63,989 nucleotides of DNA, filler included, from Olpidium bornovanus S191 (GCA_017911155.1; 27 parts of 27 records of this genome joined end to end with filler, not necessarily neighbours in it), one strand, 5' to 3'. Shown: positions 48,070 to 59,130, numbered from the whole stretch's first letter. Numbers and translations: made by a program. Notes: generated by a model from the letters alone, not told the origin.

Positions 48070-48636
48070 AGAAAGTCCTCAACAATTGAAAAGAATGCCC
48101 TGAAGCTAAAGTACCACACAAAGGGCCCAGGAAATGAAGCTATGACGATGGTACTTCATTTTGATTCTTATTCCTTTTGGGACATTTTCTTAAATTTTAT
48201 CTTCTTTAATAATAGGATACCGGCCTCTATTATGACGTTGCGGTTCCTGCCTCTGGCAACACCTGCCTTGGCAACAAAAGTGTCCCACAGAAAATTCTTG
48301 AAATAAAAACCTTGGTGGATAATGAGGGAAAAAGCTTTGAAAGCAGTAAGTTCACGGACACATTTTTTTGATCAGTCAATTTGAGATGTGTCGTGTTATA
48401 CAACTCCTTTAACTTCCTTATATTATCCAGGGTTTTACCCCTGGAGCTGTATCTATGGAATCACAAAGTGTTGGATTTTAGTCAAGCTTTGCAACAAAGC
48501 GGCCTCTTCAGGCGATTTTGAGTTCAAGGAGAGGTGAGAACTGTTTTGAACCTACTTTTTCATTTCAGTTGCCTTCTCTTTTGTTGATACTTATTTTTCT
48601 TGTTTTAGACTTTCGACCACACTTGCGCGACAGTGA
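48070..48636 (+). CDS. Low-GC spliced gene 3' end, product unknown (exons ending 48150, 48216-48345, 48431-48533, 48609-48636)
   Basis: Three short AT-rich GT-AG introns (65, 85, 75 nt) keep one frame: ...NEAMTM|DTGLYYDVAVPASGNTCLGNKSVPQKILEIKTLVDNEGKSFES|RFYPWSCIYGITKCWILVKLCNKAASSGDFEFKE|RLSTTLARQ-stop. Confidence 0.65.
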
Positions 48637-48946
48637 CTTGATGGAGCTCCTTTTTCAGGCCTGCTCCTTTTTACGAGTTCAGAGTGATTAACTGGGGTGG
48701 GGCGAATAGAGCCCATTGTGATCCGCATGACTCACAGTGCTACTGATTCTCACGGATCAGCCCCCGCACCATCTGTGCCTACCGGAAATCGGCATCAAGA
48801 TCAAGACCAGTGATGGAGCCATTGTTGCCTTGACCACTTCCTAAAANNNNNNNNNNNNNNNNNNNNNNNNNNNNNNNNNNNNNNNNNNNNTTAATTAATT
48901 AANNNNNNNNNNNNNNNNNNNNNNNNNNNNNNNNNNNNNNNNNNNN

Positions 48947-49720
48947 CATGTCACCCCAAACCTGATCACTTGTGACCAGCAAAGGACATCAAAACATAAA
49001 ATTTTGAAACTCAGCACGCTAATGGTACTCAGTGAGGGTTTTCCAAGAAACCAAAGCGTTGCCAGATCCAATAACAGGATGCTGAGAGCGTAGCACCTGA
49101 AAAGAATGCAAAAATAGTTCTAATATTACTCACTTCAACCCAAACCTTTTCACTTGCCACCAACCAACGAGATCAAAGCGTAAAATCTGGAAACTTGGCA
49201 CCCTTATAGTACACCGCAAGGGCTTTCCAACAAGCAAATGCGCTGCCAGATCCAATCACAGGTTGTTGAGGTCGCAGCAACTCGACAAAAAATACAAAAT
49301 TGTACTTATATTATTCCCTTTAACCCAGACCTGATCACTTGCCACCAGCCGACGAGTTCAAAACGTAAAATTTTGAAACCCGGCATGTTTAAAATACTTG
49401 ATGAGGGCTTTCTAAACGTGCCAAAGTGCTGCCAGATCTGATCACAGGAAGCTGAAAACGCCGCACCCGAAAAAAATCGCGATAATAGTACTAATAGTAT
49501 TCACCTCACCCCAAACCTGATCACTTGCCACCAGCCAACGAGTTCAAAGCATAAAAATTTATGCTTATAATACTTGACAACGGCTTTCAAACAAGCCAAA
49601 GCGCTGCCAGATCCAATCACAGGATGCGGAGAACGCACCACCCAAAAAACGCGAAAATAGTACCAATAGTACTCTCTTCACCCCAAACCTGATTACTTGC
49701 CACCAGCAAACGAGTTTTAA
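48947..49720. repeat. ~184-bp satellite array, about 4.3 units, starting at the contig edge
   Basis: Anchor CCTGATCAC and variants at 48961, 49145, 49330, 49516 and 49688 (spacings 184, 185, 186, 172). Confidence 0.92.
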
Positions 49721-49917
49721 AAGTTAAAGGCCATCGTCTCACAACTGCTGTAGCGCACCGACGGCGACGGTGGCTTCGGCACCGGCGGGCCGGGAGCGGC
49801 GGCTCTTGCTTTTGGCCTTGCGCGTGGCTCAATCCGAAAAAATCGCACTAAGGAAAAACTGTACTCAGAAGAAATGAGTACAGGAAAAATAAAAAATTCT
49901 CCAGGATTAGTATCAGG

Positions 49918-50142
49918 TGTAACCCTGGCGCTATCTCTGAGGGAGCGGAACTCGCCGATGTGTAGCTATAGCTAATAAAGAAGACCACCAGTGGGAGATT
50001 TTACATACTTCGACCGGTCACGTGGCCAAAGGGCATCGAGGTCGATTAGGGATACAGGGCATCGAGATCGAGGGAGGGATGTGACATAGAAGGGAAGAGA
50101 TGATATCAGGGATTGAAAGAGAACAAGGAGGATCGCGTTACA
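49918..50142. mobile_element. 225-bp LTR-like or MITE-like unit with TGTAAC...GTTACA termini
   Basis: Perfect 6-bp terminal inverted repeat with TG...CA ends; internal AATAAA and GGTCACGTGG; no TSD, PBS or PPT evident. Confidence 0.45.
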
Positions 50143-50284
50143 TACAGTAGTAGTAGTTGTTGTACCTCCAGCAACTCGTCTCCCTCTCTCCCCCTTCACC
50201 GGGCGAAATAAACAACGGCGAAGGCAAACGCAAAGGGTTATGAGCCGAAAGCGACTTTTCTGAGTGCCCATCGTCAGAGTCCCG

Positions 50285-50790
50285 TTCGCCCGCGCCTTCC
50301 GCCGCCGCGCCACGCACGAGCCGCCGCGCTCGTTGCCGCGCCGTCCTCCGCCGTCGACCTCCTCGCGAACCGTTGCCGCGCATCTACGCTGCCCATTTCC
50401 GCGTCTTCCCGAGCCGCCATCCGCGCACTTCGCCGCATCTTCAGAGCGCCACCGCCGCGCGCACCGCCGTCACCAGTCCTTCCGCCGCACGCAAAGGGAC
50501 TCTGACGGCATCCTTCCGCCGCGCCACGCACGAGTCGCCGCGCTCGTTGCCGCGCCGCCTTCTGCCGTCGCGACCGCCCCGCCGCTTTCCGCGCGCGCGC
50601 CTTCCGCCCGCCAACACCGCGCGCCCGCCGCCCTCCGCCGCCCCGCCACGCACGAGCCGCGGCGCTCGTTGCCGCGCCGCCTACGCCGCTGCCGACGCAC
50701 CAAAGCAGCCGCTGCCGCTGCGCCCCCGCCACGCACGAGCCTCCGCGCTCGTTGCTGCGCCCTCTCAGCCGCCGCCGCCCGCAAGGAAGG
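50285..50790. repeat. GC-rich degenerate repeat (GCCGCGCCACGCACGAGCCGCCGCGCTCGTTGCCGCGCC, about 4 copies)
   Basis: CACGCACGAG...GCTCGTTG recurs at about 50310, 50525, 50647 and 50729. Confidence 0.85.
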
Positions 50791-51049
50791 CTCCGCGCAC
50801 CATCGCCGCGCAGTCCCAAGATCATTCGCCGCCAGCCCTGTGAGCCCAGGTTCGAGCGCGCCAGTGCGGTTCGGGGTCGTTTGCGAAGTCAGGTGCCGTC
50901 TTTTTGTTTTTTTTGGTGTAGTTTGCGTTTTTTACGCGTTCCGCCGAGGTCCCTGCGCAACCAAGAGGGGAAGATCGTGCAAACTCGGCGAGATTAACGG
51001 GATTAACGGCATGTGTTATCTGCCCCAGCCTGGTCTACGCAGGACGGAC

Positions 51050-51683
51050 ATGGACCGCACCGCTCAGGCGAACCCCCAGGAGGACGCGTCTGCGCGCCTT
51101 GCGCCGCCAGCCATAAACTTCAGAATACCGGCCTTGCCGAAGCGGGACGGCGAAGGTAAGGTTTTCACGCTGGGGAGGGAGGGAGAGGACCCAGAGGAGG
51201 CGGGGAGTGGAAGTTCCCGACGCCGGTTGGCCCCCATCATTGTTTCCCTCAAGCCGGCTCTTCGCTATCCGCAACAGATATTGACGGCGACAGCAACATC
51301 CAGGACAACGACCGTGTGCCCCCACCTTTCCCATCACTCGATGGCCCGCAGAGGGCGTCCGGCTCTGGGCTGGCGCAGCCACTGCTCACAGTCACTCAAA
51401 AGCCAGACGTGCCGGCGGGCGCGCCCCTCATCGACCGGGCAGCAAATCCACCTGCGCCGGGGAAGCGGCAGAAGGTGGTCCTTCAACCCGGCCACTCCGC
51501 TCTCGACTGGGCCAAAATGAAGGCTTCAGGCAAAGACTTGAGGGTGCGTAGATGGCGGTTTACATGTTGCCAGGGCATCGTGTGCAGCTCACATTAAGGT
51601 GTGCTGCTTTGATATTTCCAGGGCGTGGGCGCTTTAGGGCGCTATAAGCTGGAGGATATCAAGCTCCACAGTAAGAAGAGCGA
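51050..51683 (+). CDS. Irc21/CYB5R4-like cytochrome b5 domain protein, 5' part
   Basis: VPPPFPSLDGPQRA...RQKVVLQPGHSALDWAKMKASGKDLR | GVGALGRYKLEDIKLHSKKS, the conserved lead-in to the heme-binding domain; GT-AG introns. Confidence 0.8.
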
Positions 51684-51859
51684 NNNNNNNNNNNNNNNNN
51701 NNNNNNNNNNNNNNNNNNNNNNNNNNNTTAATTAATTAANNNNNNNNNNNNNNNNNNNNNNNNNNNNNNNNNNNNNNNNNNNNAATTCCCGCGGCGCCGT
51801 TTCGTGCGAGTTCTGGCTGCCATTTTTTGCCTTCGGTTTAACCCGGGCGAGGGGGGGGG

Positions 51860-51895
<36 letters not shown>

Positions 51896-51920
51896 AAACA
51901 CCGCGCACGTTCGCAGAATC

Positions 51921-52961
51921 AGTGAGAGAGGAAGAGACAGAGAGAGAGCGGGTGGCGCCGCGCGCGCGCCGACGCTGACCTCCCGTCGCGTCGAAAACGT
52001 TCCGCCCCGCCCGCAACGCCCCTTCCCCCGCCGCCGCCGCCGCACCAGTGCCGCCCAAGCTCGTCACCCTCCTCCGCCATGGGCAGGCTCTGCATAACGT
52101 GGCGATGCGCTACGATCTCGAGGATCCCGTGCTGACTCAGCTGGGGGACTGGCAGTGCAGGCAGTTCCAGAAGAACTACCGCGCCGATCCGCCTCCCGAC
52201 CTCCTCGTGTTCTCGCCGCTCACCCGCACCGTCCAGACCGGCATCCGCGCGTTCGCCGACCAGGTGCGCGCGGGCGTCCAGGTCGAGATCTGGCCGGAGC
52301 TGCAGGAGAACAGCGACAACCCCTGCGACACCGGCCGCGACAGGGAAGTGCTCGAGAATATCGGCGAGTTCAAGGGACTGGACTTTGGCAGACTCACCCC
52401 GGGTTGGAACACCAAGGTTGGGAAGGGGGGAGGGGGGGGGGGAAGAGGGAGGACCCGTCGGTCGCCGGGCTTCGCGCTCGCGCGCGTTTACGACCGCCGT
52501 CCCGGTTTCTGCTCTGAGCTGTTGTCCGAGTTGACGTTCGCTCGCGTCCAAATTCCCACCCTCTCCTCTCTGCGCCCTCTTAGAAAGGACAATGGGCAGA
52601 CACCGAAGTAGCCCTTGCGGAAAGAGCCCGCCGCTGCCGCCAGATGCTGAGGATGAAGAACCAGAACCACGTCGTCTGCGTGACTCACGGCGGTGTGCGT
52701 AAAGAGGAACTTCGCACCGGGTTTGCCGTCAGCGACCTTACTTTCCGTCGCCGCGCGTCTTTTTTCCTCCAGTTCCTCCATTTTCTGACAGAAGAACATG
52801 ACGACGGCTGGTACAACTGCGAATACCGCCAGTACACCTTCGCGGACGAGCTCGATCCTAACGCGTCGCTCCGCGAAACTACGGAAAGTAGAGGGCGCAG
52901 AAGGCCGCACCCTATCGGGCTGACGGAGAAGATGGAGCGCGAAAGTACGGTGAAGATATGA
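51921..52961 (+). CDS. Histidine phosphatase (phosphoglycerate mutase-like) family protein, multi-exon
   Basis: LLRHGQALHN (RHG motif), DPVLTQLG, SPLTRTVQT, WPELQENSDNPCDTG, CVTHGG, FLHFLTE...GWYNCEYRQYTF. Confidence 0.92.
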
Positions 52962-53120
52962 GCAGAATAATTCAACTCCAGCTTAAACCTCGCGAGAGGA
53001 ATCCCAGTGAAGAGTGAAACTGAGAATATTTTGCCTTCGGGCATAACGTGCGCCCCTTGTTTGCTGCCCCGAAATTGTAAAGGCTTTGCGGGGAACGCTG
53101 GAATACCCCGAAGAAGGAAA

Positions 53121-53503
53121 TTGCGTTTTGAAGACTGCTTTTGGACGACGGCCGGGTCGGGAGACTATGCCTCTGGCATTAATGCGCTTCACGCTCTGGT
53201 TCAAAAAGGAAGAGTTGAGCTTGGTGCGTGCGTTTTTCTCCTTTGTCTCAGGTAGCCAGAGAGCCGAATTGGAAAATAGCACAGGTTTTCCAAATACAGA
53301 CTCTTTTGCTTATTGTGCATTTACCCACGACCGCCGCTTTCTTCGCGACGCTGTTAGACGAGATCCTTGCGTTCTACAAACTTCGAATAGCTGCGGAAGA
53401 AAAATACGCGTTTACGTTAGCCGAAGCCGGTCGGAAGCTGTTGCGTGCGGACGGGTTTGCGAAGGCCTCGGCCGAAACCACGACTTCGAGCGGACTGCTG
53501 CAG
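53121..53503 (+). CDS. F-BAR (FCH) domain protein N-terminus, Rgd2/Rga8-like
   Basis: LRFEDCFW...DYASGINALHALVQKGRVEL|DEILAFYKLRIAAEEKYAFTLAE...DGF, joined across a GT-AG intron; fits the FxDxFW...GxxxL...RxxxEExY pattern. Confidence 0.7.
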
Positions 53504-53806
53504 GTTTGTCGCAAATGCCATGCGCCAGGCGGGGCGCCCTCCGGCGGCGGCGGCGGCGGCGGCGGCGGACGCCGGAAAAGTCGAAGTCACCGACCGGACC
53601 TACGTGCTCGTCTGGCTGGGGCTCGTCGGGCCGAGCGTCNNNNNNNNNNNNNNNNNNNNNNNNNNNNNNNNNNNNNNNNNNNNTTAATTAATTAANNNNN
53701 NNNNNNNNNNNNNNNNNNNNNNNNNNNNNNNNNNNNNNNCATGAGCAAAAGATATCACGACCAGCACCGGTAGTCATCTAGACAACACCTTGTCGTCACC
53801 GCTTAC

Positions 53807-54289
53807 CATCTCGCGAATAAATCCCTCCTTTCTGGTAGGGACGTTGGGCTCCGACAGCGTGCGAACGTCCTGGAACCACCTTCCGGCGGTGGACTTGAGG
53901 AAGCCAACAAGTTTCGGGTCCCAAACCTTGTCGTTTGGTATGGGACTCTTAAAAAGGGTGTTGTCAAAATCGATGATGTCGACGTGCCGCAGGTTTTCTA
54001 AGCGCCCGCCACGATTGGCGGCGATCCAGTCCAGTATGTCCTGCTCGTAGGAATAGGCGAAACTCCGCGGCCTACAGCGCGAGGGCAGGGGCGGGGCCCT
54101 GGGCGGGAGGCCGATTATCTTTCGGTGCGGCGGTCGCCGTCCGGAGCAGAGCCAAGGCGGAGTCACGCCCGAGTGCATAACCGTCCTCGTGGCCACGGCT
54201 TGCGTCGACTCCCTCTCAATCGTCGTCTGGACAACCGACGCTTTCCTGACGACGGTATCCGCTTTCTCTGACTCGAGTTGCTTCGCCAT
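53807..54289 (-). CDS. HAD-superfamily protein, Swiss Army Knife RNA-repair-like (HAD_SAK_1) type, partial
   Basis: DIIDFDNTLFKSPIPNDKVWDPKLVGFLKS...WFQDVRTL (DxDxT motif plus SPxPNxxxW); donor GTAAGC at 53806. Confidence 0.8.
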
Positions 54290-55004
54290 GCCGCGCCGAG
54301 AATACTGCCTGCGGTCAGACCCGCCGACCTTACGAGCGGCAGCGGGCTCCGAGCCAGCGGGGACGTCCCCACAATAGCGCCGGTCCCGGTAGCGCCGCCG
54401 TCCCTGACCGCCCCGCATGTCGGCGTCCTCGGCCGCGGGGGATTCGACCGCGGGGTACGAAGCCACGTGCGGGGCCAGGTCGTGTCGCCGACGGATTGCT
54501 TCTGCTGCGAGTTCCGCGGGCCAGACGTCGCCGGCACCGCCGCCGGGCTTCTCCTTGCTGGGAGGACCGGAAGGTCGTTCGGCCTGTCGCTCTTGCCGAC
54601 CACTCAAGAATTTGGAAAGCGGGAAAGCTGGGAGCGCGTACGCAGGGATTGACGGACGGGAGGCGGACTCCTCCGGCAGGGCAGGGAACGCGGGCGAGGA
54701 AGCTCTTTCCGCCCCTCGTCCTTCTCCCCCCGGTCCCTCTGCTGCAGCCGCTGCGCGCGCAACAGAGGCTGCTCCTGCGCGGGCGCGCGCGAGGAGGACG
54801 CGCGTCGGGCGCAGCCTGGGAAGCGCCTGGCAGCGAACCGCGCTGCGACCGGCGCGCAACGCGTGCGGCAAGGCAACTACCGGGCCGGGGGAAGGGAGCG
54901 AGCGCGGCGGCGCCCGGACAAGCAGCGAAGCGGGGCGCAGAGAATCAAAATTGTAAAAAACGTGAAAATCGAAGTGAAAAGCGAATCGTCAAACCGAAAT
55001 AAAA

Positions 55005-55052
<48 letters not shown>

Positions 55053-55276
55053 AGAGAGGGNNNNNNNNNNNNNNNNNNNNNNNNNNNNNNNNNNNNNNNN
55101 NNNNTTAATTAATTAANNNNNNNNNNNNNNNNNNNNNNNNNNNNNNNNNNNNNNNNNNNNCATGGCGTGTCTGTGCAGAGAGTACTATCCCACGATCAGA
55201 AGACAAGACTAAAGGCAAGGGGAGCCGTGTAGCTTGTTCGTTCCCTTCCGCTACCGCCATTCTGCAAGCTACGCAC

Positions 55277-56405
55277 TTCCAACGAGAAGGACGTATAGGA
55301 TTACACCCGCGGACCAGATGTCTATTGCTTCTCCGTCGTATCCTTGCGAATGGATCTGCAAACGTTGCAGCCGTTCGATTGACGCCAAAGTAACCGTGAG
55401 AATCCCCAAAGAGAAACAAAATGGCTTACCTCTGGTGCGACATATGGAGGAGACCCGCACGCGGTATGCAGCGGCCGGACGTGGCCGTTGTACCGGAACA
55501 CGGTGGACAGACCGAAATCGGTGATCTTCAAGTTCCCTGGTGCACTCGAAAAGAACGGTGAGAACCAGCAAATGGCGACTTACGCGGCCGCAGCCCGACG
55601 CGAGAAAAATCACGCACCGCATTCGTCGATCAAGATGTTCTCAGGCTTCAGGTCGCGGTGCGCTACGCCCTCGCCGTGACAATATCGCTGTTTCCCAAGT
55701 AGGGACCTGTTTTAGGCAGTGTGGCTGGGCGGCTTGCGACCAAGCCGTTCCTCCGTCACCACGACGAAACTTGCTGTACGCACCACACCCGCCACCAACT
55801 GAGTGAAGTAAAAGTGCGCGAGATCCTCTTCGATGCCTACGTCGGGGGCTTGGCACACACGTTCGCGTGAATCTTTATCAGAACCATGCGCGCGTGAACT
55901 CGGGCACAAAGCTCGAATTGCGGTGGTGCGCTGACCTATTTTGTCGAAAAGTTCTCCGCCTGCTGCGTACTCCAGCACGATGTACAAATACGTCTCGTCC
56001 GTGTCGCTGCCAAGAAGTCGAATGATGTTCTCGTGCCTCAGAGCGCTGTGGATGATAATCTCTTTATCCAGTTGTTTTCTGTCGATGGCGGACCGTGAGT
56101 CCTTGGACGCCCTCCTCTGAATGATCTTCACTGCGACCGACCGCTGGGATGTCGGATCTACAGCCAGCTTCACTCTTTTTCGATCGGGAAATCGCAAAGT
56201 CAGCGGCAACGGGAGACGCGCACTCCTGCGCGAGCGCGCGAACGCCCCGGCGCCGTGGCCGGCGAAAACAAAGAGGCGACGAAGACGCAGAAGAACGCAC
56301 ACACTTTCCGTAAGTGCCGACTCCTATCGTCTCCCGCAGAAGAAACTCCCCCGCGTTCGGCAAGCGCACGGAGGCCTTAAACTGCGGATGGACAGCGGTC
56401 AGCAT
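55277..56405 (-). CDS. CHK1: Chk1-like Ser/Thr checkpoint kinase, kinase-domain exons
   Basis: [10 protein letters not shown]|VKLA...VAVKII...[15 protein letters not shown]...[13 protein letters not shown]|[22 protein letters not shown]|...[16 protein letters not shown]...[12 protein letters not shown]|...[16 protein letters not shown]; PDVGxxEDxAHxYFxQL is Chk1-typical. Confidence 0.9.
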
Positions 56406-58965
56406 GGCGGCGGCGCGGCTGACGGGATCCGCTCGCGCGGACAAAGCGCGGGTCGTCGGCGGGGATCGCGAATTTTCCGCCGTTTTGGGGCCAAACGACG
56501 ACGCCAGTTTTCTGGAACACGAGTAAATAAATATTAAAAATAACAAATCGCCCGATCATGAACGCACGCGCGCACACACTGGCTGGACCGAGGCGAGTGT
56601 AAAGCGCTCATTCGTTTCAGGTTGCTGCCAGCCCACAACGCGCCATGCTACGCGACAGTGAATAGACTGCATCGGCAGGCATGCAAACACAAGCTGGAAA
56701 GATGCTGCGGTCACTGGCCGTGACCCATCATGGGGGTTAACCTGGGAAAGCTCGTCGTGGCAGCCGCATCATTTCCATCGCCAAGGGAGTCGTCGCCGAT
56801 GCCGGCAACCGCCTGTCCAAAAGCCGCAATATTCGGGATTGTTTCCATACACACGTTCCATGCGGGGTATGCCATGCTAGTCCAGCACCTGTTGTCCAGC
56901 CTCTCCGTTGATGTTCAGCGTTCACCGCTCCCGTTCCCTATCCACTGGCTTTCCCAACCGCGCAACGTGAGATGTATGCTCAGATGTGCGCAAAAGATGT
57001 TGCATGAGATTTCTTGCTGGCACGCAAGATTTCCAAACAAAATAAGAATAAAAAAAGGAATGGAACCGTGCAAGCAAGTCTAAACCGGAGGTGTGGAGAG
57101 TACGTCGGAGGCCCAAGTGCTGANNNNNNNNNNNNNNNNNNNNNNNNNNNNNNNNNNNNNNNNNNNNTTAATTAATTAANNNNNNNNNNNNNNNNNNNNN
57201 NNNNNNNNNNNNNNNNNNNNNNNCGGGGGGGTGTTGGGTATATAGCGTTGCGTTGCGATTAGCAGTACTGTCCCGCCTTCCCGCACTGCAAGTTGTGGTT
57301 ATCCAGTCTTTCTTCGAACACAAAAACGAAAACACGCCAACATGCCACCCCTAACCCGTCGTAAAAAGAAAAACAAAAATCTGAAGCGAACCACGGTGCT
57401 GCATTCTTCAAGAGCTTAACCCAATTCCAAAAAAACAACGGCACTGCATTCCTTCTGAAACCTATAACGAACGCTGACATTAACATTCGGCAAACCGTGC
57501 AAAAATCCTAGCACACAACAGCGTGTCAAGGCAGTTCAGTTTCGCTCCTTTCAAGCAATTGCACGAAAGGCTCTCTGCAGTAGAATAACCTGACATTCGA
57601 TGAGCCGGATAAAATATTGTAGGAGACTTAGAAACGATACCTACTGGAAGGGGGCCAAGGGATCAACTATCAATAACGTGCCAGTGACATCCGGCAATAA
57701 GGACACTTTCGCTGAATTGCAAGTCATATGTAGATTCCTTCGCTTATTATTTCCCAAAAAAGGACGCGGGGAGAAGCCGAGAATTAGGTAAGCATTGAAT
57801 ATTTTTCCATAAACAGCCGCAACGTTCTAATGCGTCTGTCAGAGAACCGCGTAACAGCACTGCCACCAAAGTGACTCTGCCGGCACTTCCTAATTTGCAT
57901 GGGTTGCTATCATCCGTCACATACGCAGCGTAAACCATTTAGAGAGCAAGCAGCAACAAGTACATACGTTTCATTGAGCACCGGAGCAAACGGACATGCG
58001 TATCTGAACGCACAGACGCGCTGGGCAAATCGCGGACTAAACGCACAGCGGGGAAAAGCACGACGGAGCCGGGCGCACGACGAAGCTGAATGGGCTTATG
58101 AAGCGCGGGTGAAAGAAGAATTGATGTTAGTGGGCTTCGCGGCGATCAAATGCAACTGAGACTGCACCACAAAAAAGTGCTCAGTCATCCAAGGAAGAAT
58201 TCAACCGTCACTAAGCAAAACCAAGTGCCGTCGCCATGGATCCGAAAGACGGGCAGTTTGGGTTCGCGCCGTCAAGCGGGGTCGGCGGCACAAAGTGTAT
58301 CGCCTTCGGGAGGAAACTGCGAATTGTGGGAAAAGGTTTCATCACCGCACGTGGGAGCCACCCATACGGGGACCACACTTACAAGTAGCGACGACGGATA
58401 AAGAGCGAGGTTGCGCCACGACCCGGACAACAAAACTCATGGAAGCCCAATGGCCATCAGGATGGCGCCGTCACATTTCCAGGCGTATCAACTGCGGGCG
58501 GATACAAGCGAGAGGCCAGCTCGCGGGTTGATTGCGAGTAGTCTAAGGACTTTCTGGAGCACTGCGGACCGGAGGCCAGGACGGATGCATGGACGCCAGA
58601 GGGAGCATGCGCACTCCAGCTCTTCCTAAAGACGGGGACTTCGGACACGGGGGCGGCCGGTGCCCCACGAGCGCTCGGGTTTATATAGATTGGAGGAGTC
58701 GTCACGTGACTTGGTCGGGCGTGTTTACATTTCTCCGGGAAGTTGCAAAATCTGCCAACCGGCCCCTGCCCTCCATCGCCAAGTTGGGGAAAAGTGTCAC
58801 GTGACCGGAGGAACCCCTTCCCGCCGCAGCATCGGAAATCCGCTCGTACGCAAGCCAGAGAGGGGGGCTGTTCGGTGCACGCCAGGCGCCTCCCACCCTC
58901 CATGTCCACCTTGCCTGGCTTCACTCCTCTGGTTTCCAGGCTTCTCTGGCTTGCGTCGTTTGTTT

Positions 58966-59130
58966 CGCCGCGGTTCGGCGGGGTTCGGCGGGGTTCGGCG
59001 GACTTCTGCGGGGCCCGGCCGGGCCTGCCGCATCACATAGGTTATTCTCCGCATAGACGTCGAGTTCGAACCGAGAAAGTGCCGAGCCGAACCGACGCCG
59101 CGAACCGCCGAACCGCCCCGAACCGCGGCG
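58966..59130. repeat. Fold-back unit with 13-bp perfect inverted ends and inverted GGTTCGGC arrays
   Basis: CGCCGCGGTTCGG (58966-58978) and CCGAACCGCGGCG (59118-59130); left arm has tandem GGTTCGGCG, right arm tandem CCGAACC. Confidence 0.75.

Noticed and set aside
48947-49720. CRISPR-like array (conserved motifs with regular spacing); also the 36-bp repeats at 42890-42990
   Set aside because: The sequence between motifs is also homologous between units, there are no unique spacers or cas genes, and the context is eukaryotic.
57224-58200. Possible spliced gene (donor GTAAGC near 57788; peptides RLRNDTYWKGAKG and SFAYYFPKK)
   Set aside because: Competing frames and no recognisable family; not supportable as a feature.
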